A DNA stretch of 64,000 nt from an uncultured Alphaproteobacteria bacterium (GCA_944389135.1 CALXLG010000005.1:1532-65531), one strand, 5' to 3'; shown: positions 40,441-50,961, counted from the stretch's first letter. Notes: generated by a model not told the origin, from the sequence alone. Program-made: numbers and translations.

Positions 40441-41913
40441 ATGAAGAAACCTTTGCTTTTATGTATTATGGATGGGGTCGGTATTAATAATAATGTCAAA
40501 CATAACGCTGTTGCAGAGGCAAAAATGCCTTTCTTTAACGGCTTGTTGGAAAAATATCCACACTCAATACTGGACGCAAGCGGTAATGCTGTGGGGTTGC
40601 CTGATGGTATAATGGGAAATTCAGAGGTAGGTCATATCACAATCGGTTCTGGTCGTGTCGTTAACCAGTTCCTACGTCGTTTTCAGCTGGAAAATTGGCA
40701 TAAAAATCAACCTTTACAAGATTTTATTGCGTCTGTAAAGCAAGATAATGGTATCGTTCATATTGCCGGCTTAATGTCAGATGGGCGTGTTCATGCCGAT
40801 GTTAACGATATGATGCTGATTGCAAAACATATTTTACAGTCAGGGTTAAAGTTATGCATACACTTCATCGCAGACGGTCGTGATACTTTGCCTAAATCTG
40901 CTCAAAAATATATCGATGTAATCAAAGATACCCTAAAAGAATATATGGCATCAGGTCAGGCGTTTTTTGGTACTTTGTCAGGTCGTTATTATGCAATGGA
41001 TAGAAATCAGAATATGGACCGCACAGAGCTTGCTTTTAACGCAATTGCAAACGCAACGGCAGAATTTACTGCACCAACAATAGAAGAGGCTTTGCAAGAA
41101 GCTTATGAACGCGGTGAAACGGACGAATTTATTAAACCGACTGTAATAAGCGGTGATGTGTCAATTTCTGAAAAAGATGGATTCTTGTTCGGTAATTATC
41201 GCAGTGACAGAGCACGTCAAATAGTTAGAGAAATCTTAAAAACAAACGCGCATATCTTATGCTTTTCGCAATATGGAGAAGGGTTAAACGAATTATGCCC
41301 TGCTCTTTTACCTGATGTAGCAGTCCGAAATACTTTAGGCGATGTCCTAGAAAAAAATGGTTTATCACAATTGCGTATTGCAGAAACTGAAAAGTACAAT
41401 CATGTGACGTATTTCTTTGATGCGGAAAGAAATATAGACTTCCGTGGGGAAAAGAAAATTTTAATAGATTCTCCGTCTGTGGCAACGTTTGACTTGAAAC
41501 CAGAAATGTCAGCCAAGGAAATAACTGATGCGCTTTTACCAGAATTGTCAAAGTTTGACGTGGTTATATTGAATTATGCTAATGGTGATATGGTTGGTCA
41601 TACAGGAAATGAAACAGCTGCAATTAAGGCAATGGAATTTTTAGACAATCAATTATCAAGATTGGTTCCTGCTGTATTAGAAATGGGTGGTTGTGTCCTT
41701 ATCACTGCAGACCATGGTAATGCGGAAAAAATGTGGGACGATAAAAATGATGTCCCATGGACTGCTCATACCACAAATCCGGTTAATTTTATAGTTGTAT
41801 CTGATGAGTTTAATTCAGTAAAAAATGGCGGTTTGGCAGATATAGCACCAACTATGCTTAAAATTCTGGGAATAGATAAACCAGAAGATATGACGGGCGA
41901 AAGCTTGGTTTAG
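40441..41913 (+). CDS. gpmI: 2,3-bisphosphoglycerate-independent phosphoglycerate mutase
   Basis: MGNSEVGH, GRYYAMDR, DMVGHTG, TADHGNAE; ATG at 40441 with SD agggg. Confidence 0.95.
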   Translation: MKKPLLLCIMDGVGINNNVKHNAVAEAKMPFFNGLLEKYPHSILDASGNAVGLPDGIMGNSEVGHITIGSGRVVNQFLRRFQLENWHKNQPLQDFIASVKQDNGIVHIAGLMSDGRVHADVNDMMLIAKHILQSGLKLCIHFIADGRDTLPKSAQKYIDVIKDTLKEYMASGQAFFGTLSGRYYAMDRNQNMDRTELAFNAIANATAEFTAPTIEEALQEAYERGETDEFIKPTVISGDVSISEKDGFLFGNYRSDRARQIVREILKTNAHILCFSQYGEGLNELCPALLPDVAVRNTLGDVLEKNGLSQLRIAETEKYNHVTYFFDAERNIDFRGEKKILIDSPSVATFDLKPEMSAKEITDALLPELSKFDVVILNYANGDMVGHTGNETAAIKAMEFLDNQLSRLVPAVLEMGGCVLITADHGNAEKMWDDKNDVPWTAHTTNPVNFIVVSDEFNSVKNGGLADIAPTMLKILGIDKPEDMTGESLV

Positions 41914-41929
41914 TAATAGAAACGGCGTC

Positions 41930-42397
41930 TTATTCGCCGTTTTTATTTTTGCGAAGTTCTTGAAAGAAAGCTTTTAGTAATTTTGCAGATTCTTTTTCAT
42001 ATTCTTGTAAATAGTGTATTGCAGGTTTCCACAGATGTTTATCGTTGTCGTATATATTTGCATTATTAAGTATAGCCCCGCCCTTGATATCTTGGGCAGC
42101 AAAATAAACGTTTTTTATGCGGGCAAAACTTATCGCCGTTGCACACATTGCGCAGGGTTCCAAAGATACATAAATATCACAACCATCTAGAAACTTTGTT
42201 CCAAGTTTTTTACATGCTTTATTAATCGCTATAATTTCTGCGTGTAGAGTTGGGTTTTTCTTTTGTTGAACTTGGTTTTCACCACGTGCTATTATCTTTC
42301 CGTCTTTAACAATTACTGCGCCAATAGGAACATCTCCGTGAGATTTGGCGCGAATTGCTAAATTTAAGGCTTGCTTCATAAATGACATAGTATACAC
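41930..42397 (-). CDS. tadA: tRNA adenosine deaminase
   Basis: VPIGAVIV, HAE, LEPCAMC; start uncertain. Confidence 0.9.
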   Translation of the reverse strand: MYTMSFMKQALNLAIRAKSHGDVPIGAVIVKDGKIIARGENQVQQKKNPTLHAEIIAINKACKKLGTKFLDGCDIYVSLEPCAMCATAISFARIKNVYFAAQDIKGGAILNNANIYDNDKHLWKPAIHYLQEYEKESAKLLKAFFQELRKNKNGE

Positions 42398-42405
42398 TTT
42401 ATAAT

Positions 42406-42969
42406 ATGAATTCTAAATTGCAAATCATTTCAGGAAAATTTCGTGGGCGTAAATTAAGGCTTTCTGATGATGCGCGTCCTACTCAGAATCGTGCAAGAGA
42501 GGCGTTGTTTAATATGCTAAGTTCGGGTATTTTAGAACCAGATAAAAAGTATTGCGCTTGGGATGCTTTTGCCGGCAGTGGTGCATTAGGTATAGAATTT
42601 TTATCTAGATATGTTAATTCGGAAGTTGTATTTACTGATATTTCTGATATATCTATTAACGCTATAAAGAAAAACTTGGCTGATTTGGGCGTTGAAAACG
42701 TCGCAACCGTTAAAAAAGGCGATGCATTAGAGCTGGTTTCAAAATACTTACAAGAAATAGATGTTGTTTTTCTGGACCCACCTTATGACAATTCTTACTT
42801 GGGGAAAGTTTTTTTAGAAAAAACAGAAAAAATCGGAAAAGTTGGAATATTGGTTGTCTGGGAACAAGAAGCAAGTAATTTTGTTTTGCCGTCTGAAAAA
42901 TGGGTGATTCTGCGAGATAAAACCTATGGACGTGCCAGATTTTTAATAATTCAATTAAAAGACAAATAA
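42406..42969 (+). CDS. rsmD: 16S rRNA m2G966 methyltransferase
   Basis: IISGKFRGRKL, DAFAGSGALG, FLDPPY. Confidence 0.92.
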   Translation: MNSKLQIISGKFRGRKLRLSDDARPTQNRAREALFNMLSSGILEPDKKYCAWDAFAGSGALGIEFLSRYVNSEVVFTDISDISINAIKKNLADLGVENVATVKKGDALELVSKYLQEIDVVFLDPPYDNSYLGKVFLEKTEKIGKVGILVVWEQEASNFVLPSEKWVILRDKTYGRARFLIIQLKDK

Positions 42970-43066
42970 AAACCTTGATTTTTCAATCTTTTTGATAAAT
43001 AATATGCCCCGCACGGCACCCTTGGAGGTCGTGTAAAATAACTATAGTTTATAAAAAGGACAAAAA

Positions 43067-43684
43067 ATGGCTATCAATTTAAAAGCAGAAATCCGCAATG
43101 TTGCTGGCAAGGGGGCCGCACGTAGCGTTCGTAATAATAAAAACATCCCAGCTGTTATTTACGGTGAAAAGAAAGCCCCAGTTGCAATTGAATTAAATGG
43201 GCGTGATTTTGAAATGTTAATAAAAACACCTGGTTTGCGTACAAAATTGTTCCAGATTGAAACACCAAATGGTACAGAAGATGCAATGTTAATGGATATT
43301 CAATATCATCCTGTGTCTGATGCTGCTATTCACGCTGATTTTAAGCGTATTGATGTAAAAAGCCCAGTTAACGTTAGTGTTCCTGTAGAAGTTATAAATA
43401 TGGAAACATCAAAAGGCTTGAAACTTGGCGGTGTGTTAAACTTTGCTGTTCGTAAGGTTGCTTTGCGCGGTTTGATTCACAATATTCCAGAAAAAATCAC
43501 TATTGATTTATCAAATTTAACAATTGGTGATTCCGTCCATGGAACAGATTTGGTATTGCCAGAAGGTGTTGAATTAGGTTTGCACCAAGCAGAATTAGCT
43601 TTTGCTACAATTGGTGGTAAAATGCCTGATGAAGAAGCTGCAAAAGCTGCCGCGGCACCTGCTGCAGAAACTGCTAAAAAATAA
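43067..43684 (+). CDS. rplY: 50S ribosomal protein L25/Ctc
   Basis: GKGAAR, IPAVIYG, QYHPV...HADF. Confidence 0.95.
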   Translation: MAINLKAEIRNVAGKGAARSVRNNKNIPAVIYGEKKAPVAIELNGRDFEMLIKTPGLRTKLFQIETPNGTEDAMLMDIQYHPVSDAAIHADFKRIDVKSPVNVSVPVEVINMETSKGLKLGGVLNFAVRKVALRGLIHNIPEKITIDLSNLTIGDSVHGTDLVLPEGVELGLHQAELAFATIGGKMPDEEAAKAAAAPAAETAKK

Positions 43685-43698
43685 TTTTTTAATAAAAG

Positions 43699-43728
43699 AA
43701 AAAAGTGCCGAAATGTCGGCACTTTTTT
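43699..43728 (+). terminator. rplY terminator
   Basis: aaaaaagtgccga-aatg-tcggcactttttt. Confidence 0.82.
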
Positions 43729-43750
43729 TATGTTATTTTTTTCCTGTGGT

Positions 43751-43779
43751 CTTGAAATAAGTTTTATTGTTCACTATAT
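43751..43779 (+). promoter_or_regulatory. RpoH (sigma32)-type promoter of dnaK
   Basis: CTTGAA-N16-ACTATAT, close to the alphaproteobacterial RpoH consensus CTTGAA-N16-CCTATAT. Confidence 0.65.
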
Positions 43780-43814
43780 GGTATCTTAGTAAAAGATTTT
43801 GAAGGAGTGAACAA

Positions 43815-45707
43815 ATGGGAAAAGTATTAGGTATTGACTTAGGTACAACAAATTCTGCCATGGCTTTTATGGATGGCAGTGATCCTAAAATTATTGAAAA
43901 TTCAGAAGGTCAACGCACCACACCTTCTGTGGTCGCATTAACCTCTGGTGGAGAACAGTTGGTTGGTATTACTGCAAAGAACCAAGCAGTTACAAATCCA
44001 GAAAATACTATTTATGAAATAAAGCGTTTGATGGGTTTGCGTTATGATAGCCCTGCTGTTAAAGAAATTGCAGCACGTGTACCATATAAAATTGTCGCAG
44101 GTGACAATGGTGATGCGTGGGTAGAAATGGAAGGTAAAAAATATGCACCTTCACAGATTTCTGCAATGATTTTGGCAAAATTAAAAAAAGATGCAGAAGC
44201 ATATCTTGGTGAAACTGTAACGGATGCAGTTATTACTGTTCCTGCTTATTTTAACGATTCTCAGCGTCAGGCAACAAAAGATGCAGGACGTATTGCAGGT
44301 TTGAACGTTTTGCGTATTGTTAATGAACCAACTGCTGCTGCGTTGGCATATGGTTTGGATAAAGATAAAAATGGAACTATCGCAGTATATGACTTAGGTG
44401 GTGGTACATTTGATATTTCTATCTTGGAAATCGTTGATGGTGTATTTGAAGTAAAATCAACAAATGGTGATACAGCGCTGGGTGGTTCTGATTTTGATGC
44501 ACGTATATTAAAATACTTAATTGACGAATTCAAAGCGCAAACTGGTATAGATTTGTCTAATGATAAATTAGCATTGCAACGTCTGAAAGAAGCTGCAGAA
44601 AAAGCGAAGATAGAGCTTTCTTCAAAGACGTCTGCGGATATTAATTTGCCGTTCTTGACTGCTGACGCAACAGGACCAAAGCACTTTAATACAACGCTTA
44701 CACGTGCAAAATTAGAATCTTTGGTAGATGATTTGATTCAAAAAACGATTGAACCATGCCGTAAAGCTTTAAAAGATGCTGACTTGGACAAATCACAGAT
44801 TAATGAAGTAATCTTGGTTGGTGGTCAAACACGTATGCCAAAAGTTGTTGAAACAGTTAAAGAATTCTTTGGTCGTGAACCACACAAGGGTGTAAATCCT
44901 GATGAAGTTGTTGCACTTGGTGCCGCAATTCAAGGTGGAGTTTTGAAAGGTGATGTAAAAGACGTTCTGCTGTTGGATGTTACACCTCTGTCCTTAGGTA
45001 TTGAAACTTTAGGTGGTGTATTTACACGCTTGATTGACCGTAATACGACAATACCTACGAAAAAATCTCAGGTATTTAGTACGGCAGAAGATAATCAATC
45101 CGCTGTTACAATTCGTGTGTTCCAAGGTGAACGTGATATGGCAGCAGACAATAAGTTGCTGGGTCAATTTAATCTAGAAGGTATTGCCCCTGCTCCACGT
45201 GGTATGCCACAGATTGAAGTATCTTTTGATATTGATGCAAACGGTATTGTCCACGTTTCTGCAAAAGATAAAGGTACCGGTAAAGAACAGGCTATATCAA
45301 TTAAATCAGACGGCGGCTTGTCCGAAGAAGAAATCAAACGTATGGTTGATGAAGCTGCGGCAAATGCTGACGCTGATAAGAAAAAACGTGAATTGGCAGA
45401 AGCTAAGAATAACGCTGAAACCGCAATCTTTAGTATTGAAAAATCGCTAAAAGAACACGGTGATAAAATTAGCGAAGATGAAAAGAAAGCTATTGAAGAA
45501 GCGAAAAAAGACTTAGCTGATGAGTTAGCAAAATCTGACGTAACAGCCGAAGCGTTAAAGACAAAGACTGAAGCTTTGGCGGAAAAAGCGATGAAATTGG
45601 GCGAAGCGGTTTATAAAGCTGCCCAAGAAGCATCAGCAAACGCGGGGCAAGAAAACAAACCTAATGAAGACGGTACCCGTGACGCAGATTTTTCTGAAAA
45701 GAAATAA
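43815..45707 (+). CDS. dnaK: Chaperone DnaK
   Basis: [33 protein letters not shown]. Confidence 0.98.
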   Translation: MGKVLGIDLGTTNSAMAFMDGSDPKIIENSEGQRTTPSVVALTSGGEQLVGITAKNQAVTNPENTIYEIKRLMGLRYDSPAVKEIAARVPYKIVAGDNGDAWVEMEGKKYAPSQISAMILAKLKKDAEAYLGETVTDAVITVPAYFNDSQRQATKDAGRIAGLNVLRIVNEPTAAALAYGLDKDKNGTIAVYDLGGGTFDISILEIVDGVFEVKSTNGDTALGGSDFDARILKYLIDEFKAQTGIDLSNDKLALQRLKEAAEKAKIELSSKTSADINLPFLTADATGPKHFNTTLTRAKLESLVDDLIQKTIEPCRKALKDADLDKSQINEVILVGGQTRMPKVVETVKEFFGREPHKGVNPDEVVALGAAIQGGVLKGDVKDVLLLDVTPLSLGIETLGGVFTRLIDRNTTIPTKKSQVFSTAEDNQSAVTIRVFQGERDMAADNKLLGQFNLEGIAPAPRGMPQIEVSFDIDANGIVHVSAKDKGTGKEQAISIKSDGGLSEEEIKRMVDEAAANADADKKKRELAEAKNNAETAIFSIEKSLKEHGDKISEDEKKAIEEAKKDLADELAKSDVTAEALKTKTEALAEKAMKLGEAVYKAAQEASANAGQENKPNEDGTRDADFSEKK

Positions 45708-45720
45708 ATCTGATTATTAA

Positions 45721-45754
45721 ATAAAAAATCCGCATTAATGCGGATTTTTTTATT
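45721..45754. terminator. Bidirectional terminator (dnaK/pfk)
   Basis: aaaaaatccgcat-ta-atgcggatttttt. Confidence 0.82.
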
Positions 45755-46829
45755 TTGTTTCACCAATATAAATTCCCATATTTGTTGCAATTTCTAGTAG
45801 TGGGTCATCTGGGGAAACATATGCATCAGATGTTTTTACGTCTGGTATATTTGGGTCTGCAGAAATTTCACCTGCAGCAAAGAAGTCCCCAAGACTTACT
45901 GTCTTGCATTCGCAGTTGTTTATAGTTGTCATAACATACGTTTCATTATTCGCAATCGCATTTAACGCGCAATCTGCCATACGTGTTGCAAGAATTCTGT
46001 CTGATGCAACAGTGTCACCCGCACGTTGGGTGTGTTCTGGGAATGCAGTTCTGTTCACAATTCCAGCAGCTGTTAATTTGCGAGAAATCATATCCGCAGG
46101 TCGCCCAGAATGCCCACGCAAAGAAATACCTTCTGATACAAGAATTATCCCATGGTCTTCTGGTAAAAACTTTATGTGGTTTATTAAAGAATTTACATCA
46201 AATTTTATTTCTGGAATTAATATGGCCCTTGCACCGATTGCAATTCCTGCATTTAATGCAAGTTGTCCGCAATCACGCCCCATAGTTTGAACAACAAACC
46301 ATCTGTGATGACTGCGTGCTGTCATCATCAGCTGGTCACAAAAACTTGTTAATTGTTGTACTGCTGTATCAAAACCAATGGTTCTTTCTGTTAATGGTAT
46401 GTCCATGTCTATCGTTTTCGGAATACAAACAAGCTGTACTTTGTCATAAATATCTTTGTTGCACCAAGCTAAAGATAAACTACCGTTTCCCCCAACTAAT
46501 ACTAACGCAGCTAGCTTAAGAGCTTTGATAGATTCTTTAAGCTTTTTATTAAATTGCTCCAATTGATTATATTCTACGGCGGTTTCAAAATTTAATGCCG
46601 TTGCACGTCCATTGTGTAAAAAACTTCCTGCCAGTCTGGCGTTCTCTATGGGTAATGTATCTTCTGTAAATTTTATTGTGGTTGGCGGTGTTGTGCATAA
46701 ACCATCTGTGCCGTCTTGAATGCCGATAAGTTGCCACCCACGCAAGGTCGCACCACGATAAATTCTTTGTATCACTGTGTTCAAACCAGAACAATCACCG
46801 CCAGTTGTCATTATCCCTATTCTTTTCAT
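45750..46829 (-). CDS. pfkA: 6-phosphofructokinase
   Basis: TGGDCSGLN, GGNGS, IPKTID, MGRDCG; ATG at 46829 with SD gagggg. Confidence 0.88.
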   Translation of the reverse strand: MKRIGIMTTGGDCSGLNTVIQRIYRGATLRGWQLIGIQDGTDGLCTTPPTTIKFTEDTLPIENARLAGSFLHNGRATALNFETAVEYNQLEQFNKKLKESIKALKLAALVLVGGNGSLSLAWCNKDIYDKVQLVCIPKTIDMDIPLTERTIGFDTAVQQLTSFCDQLMMTARSHHRWFVVQTMGRDCGQLALNAGIAIGARAILIPEIKFDVNSLINHIKFLPEDHGIILVSEGISLRGHSGRPADMISRKLTAAGIVNRTAFPEHTQRAGDTVASDRILATRMADCALNAIANNETYVMTTINNCECKTVSLGDFFAAGEISADPNIPDVKTSDAYVSPDDPLLEIATNMGIYIGETK

Positions 46830-46939
46830 TTTCCCCTCTATTATGTCCGTGTAATTATAGCACAAATAAGTTGACAAAGAAAATATATTTGCAATAATTT
46901 GTCTAATAATTAATGTTTGTACCAGCAGGAGAACCCATT

Positions 46940-48076
46940 ATGGTGAAAAAAAATAATACCAACAAAAAGAACAAACCTTCTACAGATGAATTAATTAACA
47001 GTGCAATTGCACAGCAGAATAAATGGATGGAAAATCGCAGAACTTTTGCGCGCCGTTTTCTGAAAACATTGAATATATTTGCGCGCCCTGCACCAAAGAA
47101 AGAAGAAGAAAATGTTGGTGTTATAGAAACTCCAAAGCGCAGAACAGGTTTGGCCGCATATTGGTTTCCTATCTTTTGTGCGTTGTTGGTAATATTTATT
47201 GCTGTTTGGGTTGCTTTTGTTCGCACCAGTGCAACACCGACAGTTGTTATAAATCATAATAATGTACCAGAACCTGTTGTTCGTCCTGTTCAAGAAGTTT
47301 CTAGTCCCATGTTTGATATCGTTAGAATCGATCCAGAAGGAAAAATTCTTGTTGCGGGTCGTTGGATGCCAGATGCAAATATTTCAATCTTAATTGACAA
47401 CAAAGTTGTTGCAACAGAAAGAACGAATGCAGATGGTGAATTTGTTTATTTACCTACCCGTGTTTTTGAACCAGGTAATTATACAATTTCTTTAATGGGT
47501 GTTAGCCCAGAGATGAAATCCGAAGAAAAGGTTTTTATTTATGTTTCTGACCGCGGCTATAAAAATTCTGTTTCTTTATTAATGACACAAGACGGCAGTA
47601 CTTTATTGCAGGCGCCAACCTTGTTGTTTGACGGTGATTTAAAGGTTTCAAAAATAGATTATCTTGACACTGGTCGTATAGTCGTCACAGGTGATGCTTT
47701 GCCACGTTTAAGAGTGTCTTTATCATTAAATGATAAATATCTTGGATTTGCAAAAGTTTCTGATCATAAGCATTTCGGTTTAGGTGCAGATGTTGGTCAA
47801 TTAGAAAGCGGTAAAAAATATACTTTAACAGTACGTTTGCATGATGGCGATGGACGTACAATTTCTCAAGTAGGTCATACTTTTGTAATGCCAGAAATGA
47901 CGGGTGATGATGATACTTATTACACTGTTAGACAAGGCGATTGCTTGTGGATTATAGCGCGCAACTTTTTGCGTCGTGGTGTATTATTTAGTATAATAGC
48001 AGAACGTAATAATATTGCTAATCCAGATTTAATTTTTCCTAAACAGTTATTACAAATACCAGTTGGAGAAAAATAA
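46940..48076 (+). CDS. Membrane-anchored LysM protein with Ig-like domains
   Basis: TM helix; FDIVRIDPEG; C-terminal YTVRQGDCLWIIA...NPDLIFP.Q.L.IP. Confidence 0.88.
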   Translation: MVKKNNTNKKNKPSTDELINSAIAQQNKWMENRRTFARRFLKTLNIFARPAPKKEEENVGVIETPKRRTGLAAYWFPIFCALLVIFIAVWVAFVRTSATPTVVINHNNVPEPVVRPVQEVSSPMFDIVRIDPEGKILVAGRWMPDANISILIDNKVVATERTNADGEFVYLPTRVFEPGNYTISLMGVSPEMKSEEKVFIYVSDRGYKNSVSLLMTQDGSTLLQAPTLLFDGDLKVSKIDYLDTGRIVVTGDALPRLRVSLSLNDKYLGFAKVSDHKHFGLGADVGQLESGKKYTLTVRLHDGDGRTISQVGHTFVMPEMTGDDDTYYTVRQGDCLWIIARNFLRRGVLFSIIAERNNIANPDLIFPKQLLQIPVGEK

Positions 48077-48078
48077 AT

Positions 48079-48354
48079 ATGAATGAAAAGCGTCAAAGTT
48101 TTAATAAATATAAAGAAGGCAAAACAGATTTAGAATCAAGCATGGAAAATTTGATTGCATTACTGTCTTCTTTAGAATCTAGTGCAAAATTATGTGGCAG
48201 TTTTATAATTGCGCGACAGGTAGAACAGCTAAAACGGGCTGCAATAAAAAACAATGGTAATAAAAAAATATTAAAATCCATTCGTGCTAAATACGAAACG
48301 TATAAGCAACAAGTACAAGAACTAGAATACGCTAAGAAGCAAAGAATAAAATAA
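48079..48354 (+). CDS. Small hypothetical protein (basic C-terminus KKQRIK)
   Basis: 91 aa, 2 nt after the LysM gene, followed by a terminator. Confidence 0.65.
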   Translation: MNEKRQSFNKYKEGKTDLESSMENLIALLSSLESSAKLCGSFIIARQVEQLKRAAIKNNGNKKILKSIRAKYETYKQQVQELEYAKKQRIK

Positions 48355-48379
48355 AAAGGGGCCCCGCCCTTTTTTATTT
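48350..48379. terminator. Bidirectional terminator
   Basis: aataaaaagggg-ccccg-ccctttttta. Confidence 0.65.
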
Positions 48380-48762
48380 TGGTGCGGGCGAAGGGAATGT
48401 ATAATTCCCTGCCGAAATCAATCCAATCGTATGATATACTCTTGGTGATTTCGGCGGGTCCCTTTCACTGCGCGCAAATGCGCTACGTTCCGAACCCTCT
48501 GTGTCGGGTTCTATTCCGTCGCCGACAAAGCCAAAAAACAAAAGCCAACACAAGGTTGGCTTTATTTTTTTGGTGCGGGCGAAGGGAATGTATAATTCCC
48601 TGCCGAAATCAATCCAATCGTATGATATACTCTTGGTGATTTCGGCGGGTCCCTTTCACTGCGCGCAAATGCGCTACGTTCCGAACCCTCTGTGTCGGGT
48701 TCTATTCCGTCGCCGACAAAGCCAAAAAAACAAAAGCCAACACAAGGTTGGCTTTATTTTTT
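48380..48762 (-). repeat. Two tandem 191/192-bp tRNA-linked units, each ending in the 19-nt tRNA-Gly 3' end
   Basis: tggtgcgggcgaagggaat at 48380, 48571 and 48763; the two units differ only by A6 vs A7. Confidence 0.92.
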
Positions 48763-48836
48763 TGGTGCGGGCGAAGGGAATCGAACCCTCGTCTTCAGCT
48801 TGGGAAGCTGACGTGCTACCATTATACCACGCCCGC
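48763..48836 (-). tRNA. tRNA-Gly(CCC)
   Basis: Reverse complement GCGGGCG...TCAGC-TTCCCAA-GCTGA...GGTTCGATTCC...CGCCCGCACCA. Confidence 0.95.
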
Positions 48837-48965
48837 AAATATGTCGCGATTTTATAACTTTGTTATCTAAAAGTCCAGCAGAAAAAGCAGACGCTTTTTC
48901 TTGTTGCTTTTTGTTTTTTTCGGTCCTACCGTTAATGTTGCCTATCAAAATAAGGGAGATTTATT

Positions 48966-50219
48966 ATGGCAAATGAAAATATGAATCCGTTATTAGCAGC
49001 TCAGCAACGCGTAAAGGTAGCATGCGATAAGTTGGGGTTAAATGCGGATGTTTACGAAATTCTTAAAAATCCACAACGCACTTTAGAAGTTTCTATACCT
49101 GTAAAGATGGATGACGGTACTATAAAAGTCTTTACTGGATATCGTGCACAGCATAATACTGCAATAGGGCCTTCGAAAGGTGGGGTTCGTTTTCACCCTG
49201 CGGTTAGCAAAGACGAAGTGTCTGCGTTGTCTATTTGGATGACATTCAAATGCGCAGTTACAGGAATTCCATATGGTGGTGGCAAAGGCGGAATAATTGT
49301 TGATCCAAAAACTTTGTCTCAAGGTGAATTGGAACGTTTGTGTCGTGGTTATGTGGATGCAATTTATCCGATTTTGGGAGAAAAGAAAGATGTCCCTGCC
49401 CCAGATGTTAACACAAATGGTCAGATTATGGCTTGGATGATTGATGAATATATTAAATTATCAGGCGAAGCTTCATTCGGTACATTTACAGGTAAACCAG
49501 TAGAACTTGCGGGTTCTTTAGGACGCACAAAAGCAACTGGGTTGGGTATTTCTATAGTCATTTCTGAATCTTTGAAAAAGCAAGGTAAAGATATGCGTAA
49601 TGCTAAAATTGCCATCCAGGGCTTTGGAAATGTAGGAAGCTTTACAGCAAAATGCAGCAGCGAAATGGGAGCAAAAATAGTGGCTATTGCAGAATGGAAT
49701 ACTATCTTGTTTAACGAAGCTGGTTTAGATATAGAGGCTTTGTTAAAATATAAAGCCGACAATAAGGGAAGCATAAAAGATTTTCCAGGTGCAAAAGAAA
49801 TATCTGCCGAAGAATTCTGGGGCTTGGATGTAGATGTGTTGTCTCCTTGCGCAATGGAAAATACTATAAACAAAGATACTGCGCCTCTGATAAAGACAAA
49901 ATTGGTGGTAGAAGGTGCAAATGGCCCAACAACACTGGAAGGTGAAGAAATATTGCTTAAAAACGGTGTTACAGTTGTTCCGGATATATTGGCAAATGCT
50001 GGTGGTGTAACAGTGTCTTACTTTGAATGGGTTCAAAATCGTTATGGGTATTATTGGACGGAAAGCGAAGTTGAACAAAAAGAAGAACTGGCGATGAAAA
50101 ATGCATTTGATGCGATATATAAAATCAAAGAAGAATATGATGTATCAATGCGTGAAGCTGCATATATGCATTCTATTAAGCGTGTTGCAGCGGCAATGCA
50201 ATTGCGTGGCTGGTGCTAA
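48966..50219 (+). CDS. gdhA: Glu/Leu/Phe/Val dehydrogenase (glutamate dehydrogenase)
   Basis: GPSKGGVRF, GGGKGG, DVPAPD, QGFGNVG, EGANGP, NAGGV. Confidence 0.93.
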   Translation: MANENMNPLLAAQQRVKVACDKLGLNADVYEILKNPQRTLEVSIPVKMDDGTIKVFTGYRAQHNTAIGPSKGGVRFHPAVSKDEVSALSIWMTFKCAVTGIPYGGGKGGIIVDPKTLSQGELERLCRGYVDAIYPILGEKKDVPAPDVNTNGQIMAWMIDEYIKLSGEASFGTFTGKPVELAGSLGRTKATGLGISIVISESLKKQGKDMRNAKIAIQGFGNVGSFTAKCSSEMGAKIVAIAEWNTILFNEAGLDIEALLKYKADNKGSIKDFPGAKEISAEEFWGLDVDVLSPCAMENTINKDTAPLIKTKLVVEGANGPTTLEGEEILLKNGVTVVPDILANAGGVTVSYFEWVQNRYGYYWTESEVEQKEELAMKNAFDAIYKIKEEYDVSMREAAYMHSIKRVAAAMQLRGWC

Positions 50220-50223
50220 AAAA

Positions 50224-50257
50224 AAATAAAAATCCCCAATTTTGGGGATTTTTATTT
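50224..50257 (+). terminator. gdh terminator
   Basis: aaataaaaatccccaa-tt-ttggggatttttattt. Confidence 0.82.
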
Positions 50258-50450
50258 AATGTTTTAGATAAAATATTTGACTTTTCGTATTTTTTTGATA
50301 ATAATTAACAAGCAAATCCCAAAGATTGCCATTATTATAACACCAGTACGCGGTATGCGTGTGGAACATCAACCGGCGAGTGTTCGCTCTTGATGCGGTT
50401 GTTTATTTGGTATATCTGTTGGAAAATAAAAAAGTTAAGGAGCAAAAATT

Positions 50451-50897
50451 ATGGCAACAGTTATTAGATTAGCACGCTTTGGTGCAAAGAAACGTCCTTA
50501 TTACCATGTGGTTGTTACAGATTCTCGTAACGCACGTAATTCTGGTAATGTTTTAGACACAGTTGGTAAATACGACCCAATGCAACCAAAGGGTAGCGAA
50601 AAGCGCGTCGTTTTAAAAATAGATGCAGTTAAAGAATGGATGGCAAAAGGTGCAAAACCATCTGACCGTGTTTATAAATTCTTAGCTAATGCGGGCTTGG
50701 TTGAAAAGAAACCTGTTCCTGTTCAAACAAAGAAACATTTACAGTCTGAAAAAACTTTGATGAAAATCAAAGACAAACAAGAAAAATTGGCTAAAATAGC
50801 TGAAGAAAAAGCCGCCGCAGAAGCTGCTGCAAAGGCTGCTGCAGAAGCACCAGCTGAAGAACCAGCTGCGGAAACAACAGAAGCTGTCGCTGAATAA
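50451..50897 (+). CDS. rpsP: 30S ribosomal protein S16
   Basis: IRLARFGAKKRPYY, GAKPSDRV. Confidence 0.96.
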   Translation: MATVIRLARFGAKKRPYYHVVVTDSRNARNSGNVLDTVGKYDPMQPKGSEKRVVLKIDAVKEWMAKGAKPSDRVYKFLANAGLVEKKPVPVQTKKHLQSEKTLMKIKDKQEKLAKIAEEKAAAEAAAKAAAEAPAEEPAAETTEAVAE

Positions 50898-50961
50898 TTT
50901 TTTGCTAACATGTGCCCATAAAATATTATGGGTACATGTATAAAAAATAAGGCAACGTCAT

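Noticed and set aside
48380-48781. CRISPR array (three 19-bp direct repeats)
   Set aside because: The repeat is the tRNA-Gly 3' end, the spacers are ~172 bp and identical, and no cas genes are present.
48379-48948. ORFs 48379-48639, 48501-48857 and 48754-48948
   Set aside because: They are translations of the tRNA and its non-coding repeats.
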